A stretch of 64,000 bases of DNA. Source: a virus (taxonomy: Duplodnaviria; Caudoviricetes). Location: the IMG/VR virus record IMGVR_UViG_3300033463_000023, positions 32,001 through 96,000 of that record. One strand, 5' to 3'. Positions 47,376 through 54,905 of this stretch are shown piece after piece. Position numbers and translations under genes: made by a program. The notes below the pieces were generated by a model. That model did not search any database. It was not told where the DNA came from and worked only from the letters and a program-made list of their open reading frames with translations. The stretch's first letter is position 1. The number at the start of each line of letters is the position of its first letter.

Positions 47376-47936
47376 TTAGCCGTTGCATCCGCATCCGGGA
47401 CAAGCACAGGGCTGGGGAGCCGAGTAGATCATCACGGGAGTGGGGTTCAGGCTCGACTTGCCGGTGATGGCATCGCTCAGCGTCTGCTGCATGATGTTCT
47501 GCACGGTGGTGTCGATGGCAGAGGTCTGGCTCTGGCTGGTGGTCTGCGAGCCGCTCTGCTGGCCGGAGATCGAGTCGGTGATGTTCTGCGACAGCGTGAT
47601 GTCGCCGGCGATGCGCTCGCTGCGCTCGGCGGCCACGGTGCCTGCAAGCGTCTGCACCAGGTCGCGCAGGCCGTCGTTCTTGGCGATGGCCAGCTCCTTG
47701 GCGCTCTGGGCGGCCTCCTTGGCCTCCCTGCCCTTGGCGGCTGCCTGCATGCCTCCGAAGATCCAGGCGGTGATGCCGGCTGCTACTGCGACCGAGCCGA
47801 CGGTCAGTCCGGCGATTGCCACGCCGCTGGGCTTCTTGGCCGACATGTAGTCGAGCTTCACCTGCTCATAGGGAGTCATCCCTTCCTTCTCGCCCATCGA
47901 GCGGAGGGCCATCAGGTCTTGCATTTCAAGTGCCAT
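47376..47936 (-). CDS. membrane-anchored coiled-coil protein with Cys-rich C-terminus
   Basis: Gly/Ala-rich TM helix, coiled coil, ends CACPGCGCNG. Confidence 0.75.
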   Translation of the reverse strand: MALEMQDLMALRSMGEKEGMTPYEQVKLDYMSAKKPSGVAIAGLTVGSVAVAAGITAWIFGGMQAAAKGREAKEAAQSAKELAIAKNDGLRDLVQTLAGTVAAERSERIAGDITLSQNITDSISGQQSGSQTTSQSQTSAIDTTVQNIMQQTLSDAITGKSSLNPTPVMIYSAPQPCACPGCGCNG

Positions 47937-48014
47937 AATCCTTAAAGTTTTTGTGTTGTGAATAATAGGGTGAACTGTAGCGGACTTGCGGGGACCGGTC
48001 CCCTTTGTCCGCTA

Positions 48015-48046
48015 CAAAGTTACGCCCGATATCCGCCGTCTCCAAA
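48015..48046 (-). promoter_or_regulatory. Bacteroidetes housekeeping-type promoter
   Basis: TTTG-N20-TAACTTTG on the minus strand upstream of 47936. Confidence 0.7.
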
Positions 48047-48067
48047 GATTACGGCAAAAAGGGCGGG

Positions 48068-48361
48068 TCACGGCGTGAACCTCCGCGAGAGCCGCTTGAC
48101 GACGCGCTTCGCGGTGGACTCGCTGACGCGGTACTTCTTCCGGAAGTGCTGCCAGATGCGCTCCTTGGGCACGCCGTCGCGCCTGAGCGACAGGTACTCC
48201 TCGTACATCGGGACGTGCCTGGCGTCGCCGACGGACAGGCCAAACTTTGACATGGTTTCCACTTGACATAGATTAAGTTTTAGCAGCATGTAGCCACTAA
48301 TGGTGCCTATGTCGTCAGGGTTTTCGGAATGATTGTTGTAATTTTGCATCCGATTTCGCAT
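48068..48361 (-). CDS. small HTH-like DNA-binding protein
   Basis: MYEEY..LR.DG.......F..KY.VSESTAKRVVKRL. Confidence 0.65.
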   Translation of the reverse strand: MRNRMQNYNNHSENPDDIGTISGYMLLKLNLCQVETMSKFGLSVGDARHVPMYEEYLSLRRDGVPKERIWQHFRKKYRVSESTAKRVVKRLSRRFTP

Positions 48362-48466
48362 ACTTTAATGATGATACATACTACAGGAGGGCTTAAGGGA
48401 GTCCCCTGCCGGCCGCGTAGTATGTATCGACCTGCGAAATCGGATGCAAGACGGCTGGCGGGGACT
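48344..48466 (-). promoter_or_regulatory. structured leader with overlapping alternative inverted repeats
   Basis: Perfect 17-bp IR 48344-48360/48433-48449, perfect 12-bp IR 48373-48384/48417-48428, imperfect IR 48400-48415/48452-48466. Confidence 0.65.
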
Positions 48467-48480
48467 TCTGTTTCTTTCCC

Positions 48481-49176
48481 TTAGACGGCGGCGTCCTCTG
48501 CCGCTGGTTCCGCGGCGGATTCCCTGGCCCTGCGGCCGCCCTTCCGCTTGGGCTCCGGCCTCTCCGTCTCTGTGGCCTCTGTCTCCTCCGCGGCCTCAGT
48601 CTCCTCCGTGGTCTCTGTGACTTTGGCGTACTTCTCCCAGAGGGCCTTCACCTTCTCCGGGTCCGTCGTGGCCTCGGCGGTGAACGGGTTGCCGTAGCGC
48701 ATGTTCACGGGGCCGGTGACGGCGAAGTCGGGCAGCAGGATCGCGGTGTCGGCCTGCTCGCGGTCCATGACCGTCAGGCGGCCGCCGAAGGCGCCGGTGC
48801 CCAGCCACTCCTCGACGGCGGGCGACAGCGCCACGCTGGTGACGAGGGTCAGGCGGCTGACGGCGTCGAGCCGTCCCTGCCCGTCCATGCGGGCCCACGT
48901 CTTCCGCATCCACCGCCCGATGACGTCGCATGCGAGGTCCGGCAGCGACGGGGCGGCGATGAGCAGCTCCGTCTCCGAGTAGCGCGTGAGGATGGCGGGC
49001 AGCAGCTCCGCCAGCGACAGGTCGCCGTAGCCCGCGAAGGCCATGGTGCCGCCGCCGGCGATGGCCCTGCGCAGCCCCATCAGCTGGCGGGGAGCGCAGC
49101 AAGGTTCGATTATCTTCATGACTGTCATTTTTTTCGGTTGTCGTTTGTCAATCAGGAATCGGGGCCCGGGCTGCAT
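48481..49176 (-). CDS. hypothetical protein
   Basis: Follows the tail tube gene; true start probably 49119-49128. Confidence 0.65.
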   Translation of the reverse strand: MQPGPRFLIDKRQPKKMTVMKIIEPCCAPRQLMGLRRAIAGGGTMAFAGYGDLSLAELLPAILTRYSETELLIAAPSLPDLACDVIGRWMRKTWARMDGQGRLDAVSRLTLVTSVALSPAVEEWLGTGAFGGRLTVMDREQADTAILLPDFAVTGPVNMRYGNPFTAEATTDPEKVKALWEKYAKVTETTEETEAAEETEATETERPEPKRKGGRRARESAAEPAAEDAAV

Positions 49177-49216
49177 GGCCCGAGCCCCGACGGTATGAGA
49201 GAGTGCGCGCGGGCGC

Positions 49217-49771
49217 CTATGCGGCGTCCTCCTGCTCGATGGTGCCCACCCACTTCGTGACGGGATAGAGCATGTACGGGCAGTTCACGGTGAAGGTGCT
49301 GCCGTGGTCGTCGGTGCGGGCGGCGCCCGAGTCGAACGTCACCTGGATCTCGGCCTCGCCGTTCTCGTTGCCGATGACGATGTACTCGGACTTGCCCTCG
49401 ACCTTCTTGCCCGTGGGCACGAAGTAGAGGTTCTTGTCGGAGTTGTGCAGGATGCGGCTGGTGAAGGCCATGATGTCCTCGCCCATCTCCACGCGGCCGG
49501 TGACGGAGCCCGACCAGCCCTTGCCGGTGCCGTTGTCCTCCGAGGTGACCTGGCCGGTCTGCGCCTTGAAGTCGATGCGGTAGCCCTTCAGGGCCGTGGC
49601 CTGGCTTCCTGCCGGGGTGATGGTGTACTGGTTCTGTGTGTCGTCGGCGGCCATGGAGGCGATGTGGTCCTCGTCGAAGGGGACTACGAACAGGAAGTTC
49701 GATACGCCGGCGGGGTTCTCGACGCAGCTGGCGCTGGAGAGAACGCTCTTGGGGATACATGAAAGTGGCAT
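49217..49771 (-). CDS. putative major tail tube protein
   Basis: 184 aa beta-rich; C.ENPAGVS start; DSG...TDDHG.TF.V pattern; follows the capsid gene. Confidence 0.6.
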   Translation of the reverse strand: MPLSCIPKSVLSSASCVENPAGVSNFLFVVPFDEDHIASMAADDTQNQYTITPAGSQATALKGYRIDFKAQTGQVTSEDNGTGKGWSGSVTGRVEMGEDIMAFTSRILHNSDKNLYFVPTGKKVEGKSEYIVIGNENGEAEIQVTFDSGAARTDDHGSTFTVNCPYMLYPVTKWVGTIEQEDAA

Positions 49772-49886
49772 AATGATACTAATTTTGTGTTTGTGTTGTG
49801 GATTGACTGATGACTGTTGCCGGAGGCCAGAGGGCGGGGCTTTCGCCTTTGGAGCTACTCGCCCCGGCTCACCTCCGGTAGGGAGA

Positions 49887-51173
49887 CTACTCGGCCTCGA
49901 ACTGGGCCACGAGGTTCTTCACGCCGCCGCCGAACTCGTAGTTGAGCGGGTTGTCGGTGAAGGTCTTCACGCCGTCGCTCCAGCCTGCGAGCTTGAAGCC
50001 GCTTTTAGGCGTGGCGGTCACGGTGATGGTGTCGCCGTCGGCGTAGAGGTCCTTCTGGCCAGAGGTGATGGCCACGGTGCCCTCTGTCTCGTCGGCGCTG
50101 GTCACGGTGAAGATGTCGGCGATGTACTGGCCGGGCGTCCAGTCATACGTGTTGACGGCGTCGTTGCAGGCGAAGTACATCGGGTCGTAGTCGCGGATGC
50201 GGGTCGTGGCGGCCGAGTTGATCTGGTAGCCGATGATCGACAGGTCGTCGTTGGTCTGGCCGATGCGGATGTTGGCCTTTCCCTCGCGCGTGTCGCAGAT
50301 GAACTCCAGGATGTCCTCGCGGCAGACGGCGATGAGCTGTCCGCCGGTACCCATGGCGGCCGAGGTCTTCAGCGTCAGGTTGGGCATCTCGGCAAACTTC
50401 CAGCTGGCCTCCAGCACGGTCGGGGAGATCTGCGGGAAGGTGAGCATGTAGCCCTTCACGGCCAGGCGGCAGAACTCGTCGGAGGCGAGGATGGTGAGCT
50501 TGTTCTCCGGCTTCTTCATGTGGGGATGGAGGGCGCCGTAGAACTTCACGAGCAGCTCGTAGACCTCGACGGGTGTCAGGGGGACGGTGTTGCCGCCCAC
50601 CTGCTTGGTCAGGCCGCCGGTCATGATCAGGTTGCGGTTGGCGACCGAGATGGTGCCGTCGGTACGCTTCTGGGCGATGAGCGTGTAGAATCCGTCGAAC
50701 AGCGAGAGGCCGAGCTTCACCTGGTTGGCGGGTACGTCAGGCAGGTTGCGGTTGGCCTTGTTGCCGAAGAAGATGTTGAAGCGGACGTCCTCGGCGGCAC
50801 GGCCGGCGATCTCCTCCATGTTCTTGCGCGACATCACGGCCTCGTCGGCGGCGTTGACCACGTTGAAGGGGCCCTTCTCGCGGTAGCGCTCGATGCTGTC
50901 CTCGGCCTTGATGTAGTACGGCTCGACCTTCGCGGGGTTGTCCACGATCTTGGCGAGCTGGGAGTTCTTCACGTTGCCCACGCGGTACGGGCGTGCCACG
51001 AGGCCCTTGCGGTTGAAAATCTGACAGACGTCGATGTTCTCCACGTCGGTCGTCACCATGATCCCGAGGTTGCCGAACATGGCATCGTCGAGCAGGTAGG
51101 CCTTGGCCACCAGCTCCTCATGGATCTGTTCCTTGACATGCTGGATGTCACTGATGTTAAGTGCGTAAGACAT
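49887..51173 (-). CDS. major capsid protein with C-terminal Ig-like domain
   Basis: Directly downstream of the prohead protease; strongly biased codons; C-term GDTITVTATPKSGFKLAGWSDG. Confidence 0.75.
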   Translation of the reverse strand: MSYALNISDIQHVKEQIHEELVAKAYLLDDAMFGNLGIMVTTDVENIDVCQIFNRKGLVARPYRVGNVKNSQLAKIVDNPAKVEPYYIKAEDSIERYREKGPFNVVNAADEAVMSRKNMEEIAGRAAEDVRFNIFFGNKANRNLPDVPANQVKLGLSLFDGFYTLIAQKRTDGTISVANRNLIMTGGLTKQVGGNTVPLTPVEVYELLVKFYGALHPHMKKPENKLTILASDEFCRLAVKGYMLTFPQISPTVLEASWKFAEMPNLTLKTSAAMGTGGQLIAVCREDILEFICDTREGKANIRIGQTNDDLSIIGYQINSAATTRIRDYDPMYFACNDAVNTYDWTPGQYIADIFTVTSADETEGTVAITSGQKDLYADGDTITVTATPKSGFKLAGWSDGVKTFTDNPLNYEFGGGVKNLVAQFEAE

Positions 51174-51224
51174 AATCTTTGTGTTGTGTTAATGGATGAA
51201 TACTATTGTTGTTTGTGTTGGTGG

Positions 51225-53207
51225 TCACTTGCCTGCGGCCTGGCGCTCCCTGGCGACCTCGCGGACGTGCTCGTAGGTCATGTTCTCGCGGGTGATGCGC
51301 TTCTCGCGGACCTTCGGGGCGTCGCCCGTGCCGTTGCCGGCGGGGATGCCGGCGGCTGCGTCGACCATGGGCGTCTCCGTGCCGGAGAGCTCCCTGACCT
51401 CGGCCTTCAGGTCGGCGACCTGCTTCTGCAGCTTCCCGATCTCGGCGTCCTTGGCGGCGATGTCGGCGTCGCGCTGCGCGATGGTGGCGACGTGCTCGGC
51501 GATGGTCTTGTCCCTGGCCTCGACGTCGGCCTTCAGGTTGCCGACGGTTGCCTGCTCCTCGGCGAGCGAGAACTTGATCTCCTCGATCTCCCTGTCGCGG
51601 TCGGCAATCATCTGCTCTGCGCCGTGCAGCGTCTCCTGGATCCTGCCGATCTCGGCCTGGGCTTCCTCTATAGACTTGTCGGAAGGCTGTGCAGCGGCGG
51701 CTTGCTCACCGGCGCCTTCGCCGGCTCCCTCGCCCTCGCCTTCGCCAGAGCCTTCTCCTTCTCCAGAGCCCTCGCCTTCGCCCTCGCCTTCGCCAGAGCC
51801 TTCAGCGGCGCCCTCACCTTCGCCTTCCTGAGCGCCTTCCTGTGCGCCCTCTCCGGCACCTTCCTGGGAACCTTCTCCGGCGCCTTCCTGTGCGCCCTCG
51901 CCTGCTCCCTCGCCGGCAGCCTGAGCCTCGGCCTCCTGGCCTTCAGCCTGCGCCCCGGCGTCCTGTCCTTCGGCCTGGGCTGCTGCAGCCTCCTGGGCCT
52001 TCTTCTCTTCTTCTGTCATATCCTCTTTGTTTTTAGGGGTTGCTACTTCTTCCATGTAGGGGCCGAGGAATCCCTGTCTCTCGGCACTGACATGGCCGTC
52101 GTCGACGACCGTCAGGTTCCCTTTCTCGTTGTTGACGGCTGCCTTCTGCTGTGCGTTCAGCCTGGCAAGTTCCTCGGGCTCCTTGCCCTCGGGCTCGTCA
52201 TCGGGCTTCTCCTCGGGCTCCGGGGCCGTCATGAAGCGGGCGGCGGTCATCGTCTCGTCGGCCAGCTGGAACACGCACTCGATGGCGCGGTTGAAGTCGC
52301 CGATCTCGTCGACCAGGGCGGGTATCACCTCCTCGGCATCGAACATCTTGCCCGAGAGCATGTCGTCGGTCACCAGCGGGCGGTTCTCGCGCACCGTCTG
52401 ATGGAACTCCTCGGTGTCCTTGTCCAGGTCAGCCTGCAGCTTCTCGTACTCGCCCTTGGCGGCCTCGCGCCACCAGGCGTTCTTCTCGGGGCAGTCCTTG
52501 CCGACGAGCTCCACGTAGCGGAAGCCGTCGCTGTCCACGGTGTCGTGGGCCACGGACCAGAACGCGACCATCGTGCCGATGCAGCCGTAGCCGTCCTTGG
52601 GGTTCATCACGATCACGCGGTCCGTGCGGCAGGTGAGCCCGACGCCGGACGAGGCGCACATCCCGTCGACGAACGACACCGTCGGCTTGCCCTTCTCGCG
52701 GCAGTCGGCGATCATCATGTCGTAGTCGTTGCGGCAGGAGGACTCGCCTCCCGGGGTGTTGACCACGAAGACGTGGCCTATGACCTGCGGTATGGTGTTG
52801 GCGTACATCACCTGGTCGCGCCAGTCCTTCGACCCGTAGGAGCAGCCGCCGCCGTCACGCGTGATGGGGCCGTCCACGACGACCACGTTGATGATCTGGT
52901 CGTCGTCCTGGAGCTCCTCGTCGTTCCAGTACAGGTGGCGCTCGATGCTCTCGATGTTCCCGACGTACGTCTTGTCGAAGCCTACGTGTATGTCGCTGTA
53001 GAGCAGTCTTTCGCTGAAGTCGGCGCCGACGGTCTGTCCGTCCTTCTGGCAGCCCTTCTTCGACAGGAAGAAGCCGTGCTTCTTCTCGATGTCGTTGTCC
53101 AGATGCAGCTCGATGGCATTCTTCAAGGCAGTGGCATACGTCTGAGCCATGCCTGGATGGAAGTCCCATTTCTTGTTATGCAAGATTGAAAGTAATCCTA
53201 TGTTCAT
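51225..53207 (-). CDS. S49-family prohead protease fused to a scaffold-like region
   Basis: NTPGG, DGMCASSG, GCIGT and F...VRENRP..GKMFDA...LVDEIG motifs, then a G/E/A low-complexity linker and coiled coil. Confidence 0.85.
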   Translation of the reverse strand: MNIGLLSILHNKKWDFHPGMAQTYATALKNAIELHLDNDIEKKHGFFLSKKGCQKDGQTVGADFSERLLYSDIHVGFDKTYVGNIESIERHLYWNDEELQDDDQIINVVVVDGPITRDGGGCSYGSKDWRDQVMYANTIPQVIGHVFVVNTPGGESSCRNDYDMMIADCREKGKPTVSFVDGMCASSGVGLTCRTDRVIVMNPKDGYGCIGTMVAFWSVAHDTVDSDGFRYVELVGKDCPEKNAWWREAAKGEYEKLQADLDKDTEEFHQTVRENRPLVTDDMLSGKMFDAEEVIPALVDEIGDFNRAIECVFQLADETMTAARFMTAPEPEEKPDDEPEGKEPEELARLNAQQKAAVNNEKGNLTVVDDGHVSAERQGFLGPYMEEVATPKNKEDMTEEEKKAQEAAAAQAEGQDAGAQAEGQEAEAQAAGEGAGEGAQEGAGEGSQEGAGEGAQEGAQEGEGEGAAEGSGEGEGEGEGSGEGEGSGEGEGEGAGEGAGEQAAAAQPSDKSIEEAQAEIGRIQETLHGAEQMIADRDREIEEIKFSLAEEQATVGNLKADVEARDKTIAEHVATIAQRDADIAAKDAEIGKLQKQVADLKAEVRELSGTETPMVDAAAGIPAGNGTGDAPKVREKRITRENMTYEHVREVARERQAAGK

Positions 53208-53248
53208 ATCCTTGTATCTTTTAGGGCTTTACGCCCGTTCTTCTTTCC

Positions 53249-53284
53249 GCAATTTACGGCATACGGGCGCCGGAGTCAAGGGCA
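53249..53284 (-). promoter_or_regulatory. putative late promoter motif copy
   Basis: TGCCCTTGA-N19-TAAATTGC. Confidence 0.7.
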
Positions 53285-53341
53285 GGGCATGTATTCTCTG
53301 TTCGTTGTCCACTGTCCGTTGTTCGTTGGGGCGCAGCCCGC

Positions 53342-54763
53342 TTACTTGTGCTCAGGCGTGCGGTGCGTGTGCGGGAAACCAGTAAATAGCTTCTTCGAGT
53401 TCTGCTCGCACATCTCCCTCCTGCGCCTGCACTCCGCCTGCTCGCGGTGCTCCGCGTCGCTCTTTGCCTGTGCCTCGCGCTCGCGCACGCTATTGTATAT
53501 AGGTGTGCCAACGGCCGCCTCGCCCAGCCTGTTGAGGTTATCCTCGATGAACTGGCAGGCCATGGCCATCGCCTGCTGCGCGTCGGTCATGGAGTCGCGC
53601 CTTGCCAGCTTCTCCTGCTTCGGTCCTATCTCCACGCGCCGGCTCTCCACGTAGAAGGCCAGCGCCGTGCGTAGCATGTCGAGCAGCTCGTCGCCCGTGC
53701 CGTCGGTCCAGCTCGATGGTACCAGATGCTCCTCGCCCTGGTCGGCCTTGATGTGCATGCCGTCATCATCCACCTCGTAGCGCCGCAGTTTCCCGCTGTC
53801 ACCGCTCTTCTCCTCCACCGTCACGTTCATGCCGCCCGTGCCGTCGGGAGCCCATTGGCGCGTCTGCCCGCCGGAGCGGTAGGTCACGCCCTCGTCGGTC
53901 CTGATCGTCGCCTCGCCGTCCTTGTCGATGGTGATGCGCTCCTGTATCTTCCTCGGGTCGGTGTTGGCGAAGGCCACGACGGCCTTCAGCAGCTTTGCGC
54001 CGATGCGGGTCTTCAGGTACGTGTTCTGGCAGAAGCGGATGTCACGCACCAGCTGCACGTAGGCCATCCTCTCCCCCTTGATATCCAAGTACTCGTTCAG
54101 TACCCTCGCCGTCTGGAACAGCAGGTCCTTGTGCAGATAGAAGGCGTCGGCATCGCTCCACTTGTCGGTGAAGAGCCGTGCGTCCTTTGCGTCGGCCTCG
54201 AGGAACAGCAGAATGTCGTCGATGGCGCGTCCGGCAGCCATATACGCATCCTTTCTCATTTCCTCCTTGTCCTTTTCTGTTGCGGGCTCATATCCGTCGG
54301 CACTGACTTTATTCATGCCGCCGCCTTCGTTGAACGAGACGGACAACAATCCCGCCTTGTGGGAGAGCATCTTGTACCACTCAATGCGCTGACAGATCCT
54401 GATGAGCCTGATGGTCTTCAGGTCGTCGGCCGGCACGTCCTTCTCGCCGGGCTCCGGGGTCACATACGTCTCGCGGTACTTGCCCTGCTGTATCTGCTCC
54501 AGTCTTTCGGTGACATCTGCATGTGCAAGCTCCGCGTCCTTCTTGGCCTTGCCCGTCGGGCGTACGGTCGTCGCCGTGATGTCGGTATAGGTCTCGCGCA
54601 GGCGGTCGTACTCGCCCAGCAGCCACTGGTACAGGCTCGTGCCCAGCAGCGGCTCCAGTGCCACGGCTTCCTCCTCCTCGATATACCCGAAGAGCTGCTG
54701 CGGCCGGTCCCACCGCGCCGTCGGCATCAGCGACTGTATCTCGTTCTGTGTGGTGATGAACAT
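53342..54763 (-). CDS. putative head-tail connector (DUF6712-like)
   Basis: E...L.PLLG..LY..L motif repeated as L...IG..L; lies between the tape measure and protease genes. Confidence 0.55.
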   Translation of the reverse strand: MFITTQNEIQSLMPTARWDRPQQLFGYIEEEEAVALEPLLGTSLYQWLLGEYDRLRETYTDITATTVRPTGKAKKDAELAHADVTERLEQIQQGKYRETYVTPEPGEKDVPADDLKTIRLIRICQRIEWYKMLSHKAGLLSVSFNEGGGMNKVSADGYEPATEKDKEEMRKDAYMAAGRAIDDILLFLEADAKDARLFTDKWSDADAFYLHKDLLFQTARVLNEYLDIKGERMAYVQLVRDIRFCQNTYLKTRIGAKLLKAVVAFANTDPRKIQERITIDKDGEATIRTDEGVTYRSGGQTRQWAPDGTGGMNVTVEEKSGDSGKLRRYEVDDDGMHIKADQGEEHLVPSSWTDGTGDELLDMLRTALAFYVESRRVEIGPKQEKLARRDSMTDAQQAMAMACQFIEDNLNRLGEAAVGTPIYNSVREREAQAKSDAEHREQAECRRRREMCEQNSKKLFTGFPHTHRTPEHK

Positions 54764-54782
54764 TGCCTTCCTGTTTTTATCC

Positions 54783-54818
54783 GAAAGATACGGCGCGCGG
54801 GCGCCGGAATCAAGGGCA
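54783..54818 (-). promoter_or_regulatory. putative late promoter motif copy
   Basis: TGCCCTTGA-N19-TATCTTTC. Confidence 0.7.
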
Positions 54819-54905
54819 GACGAGCCGAGCGCAGAGACGCGAACCTCGTTCGTAGTCTATGCCGAGGCGAGGACGGCACTCGGCGAAGCCAAGGGCGGCG
54901 GCTGC

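Noticed and set aside
50668-50676. TTCTGGGCG in the capsid gene as a shufflon site
   Set aside because: Isolated inside an essential gene, with no cassette or spacer context; expected by chance at this GC content
49596-53189. 1197-aa plus-strand ORF
   Set aside because: Antisense shadow of the protease, capsid and tube genes
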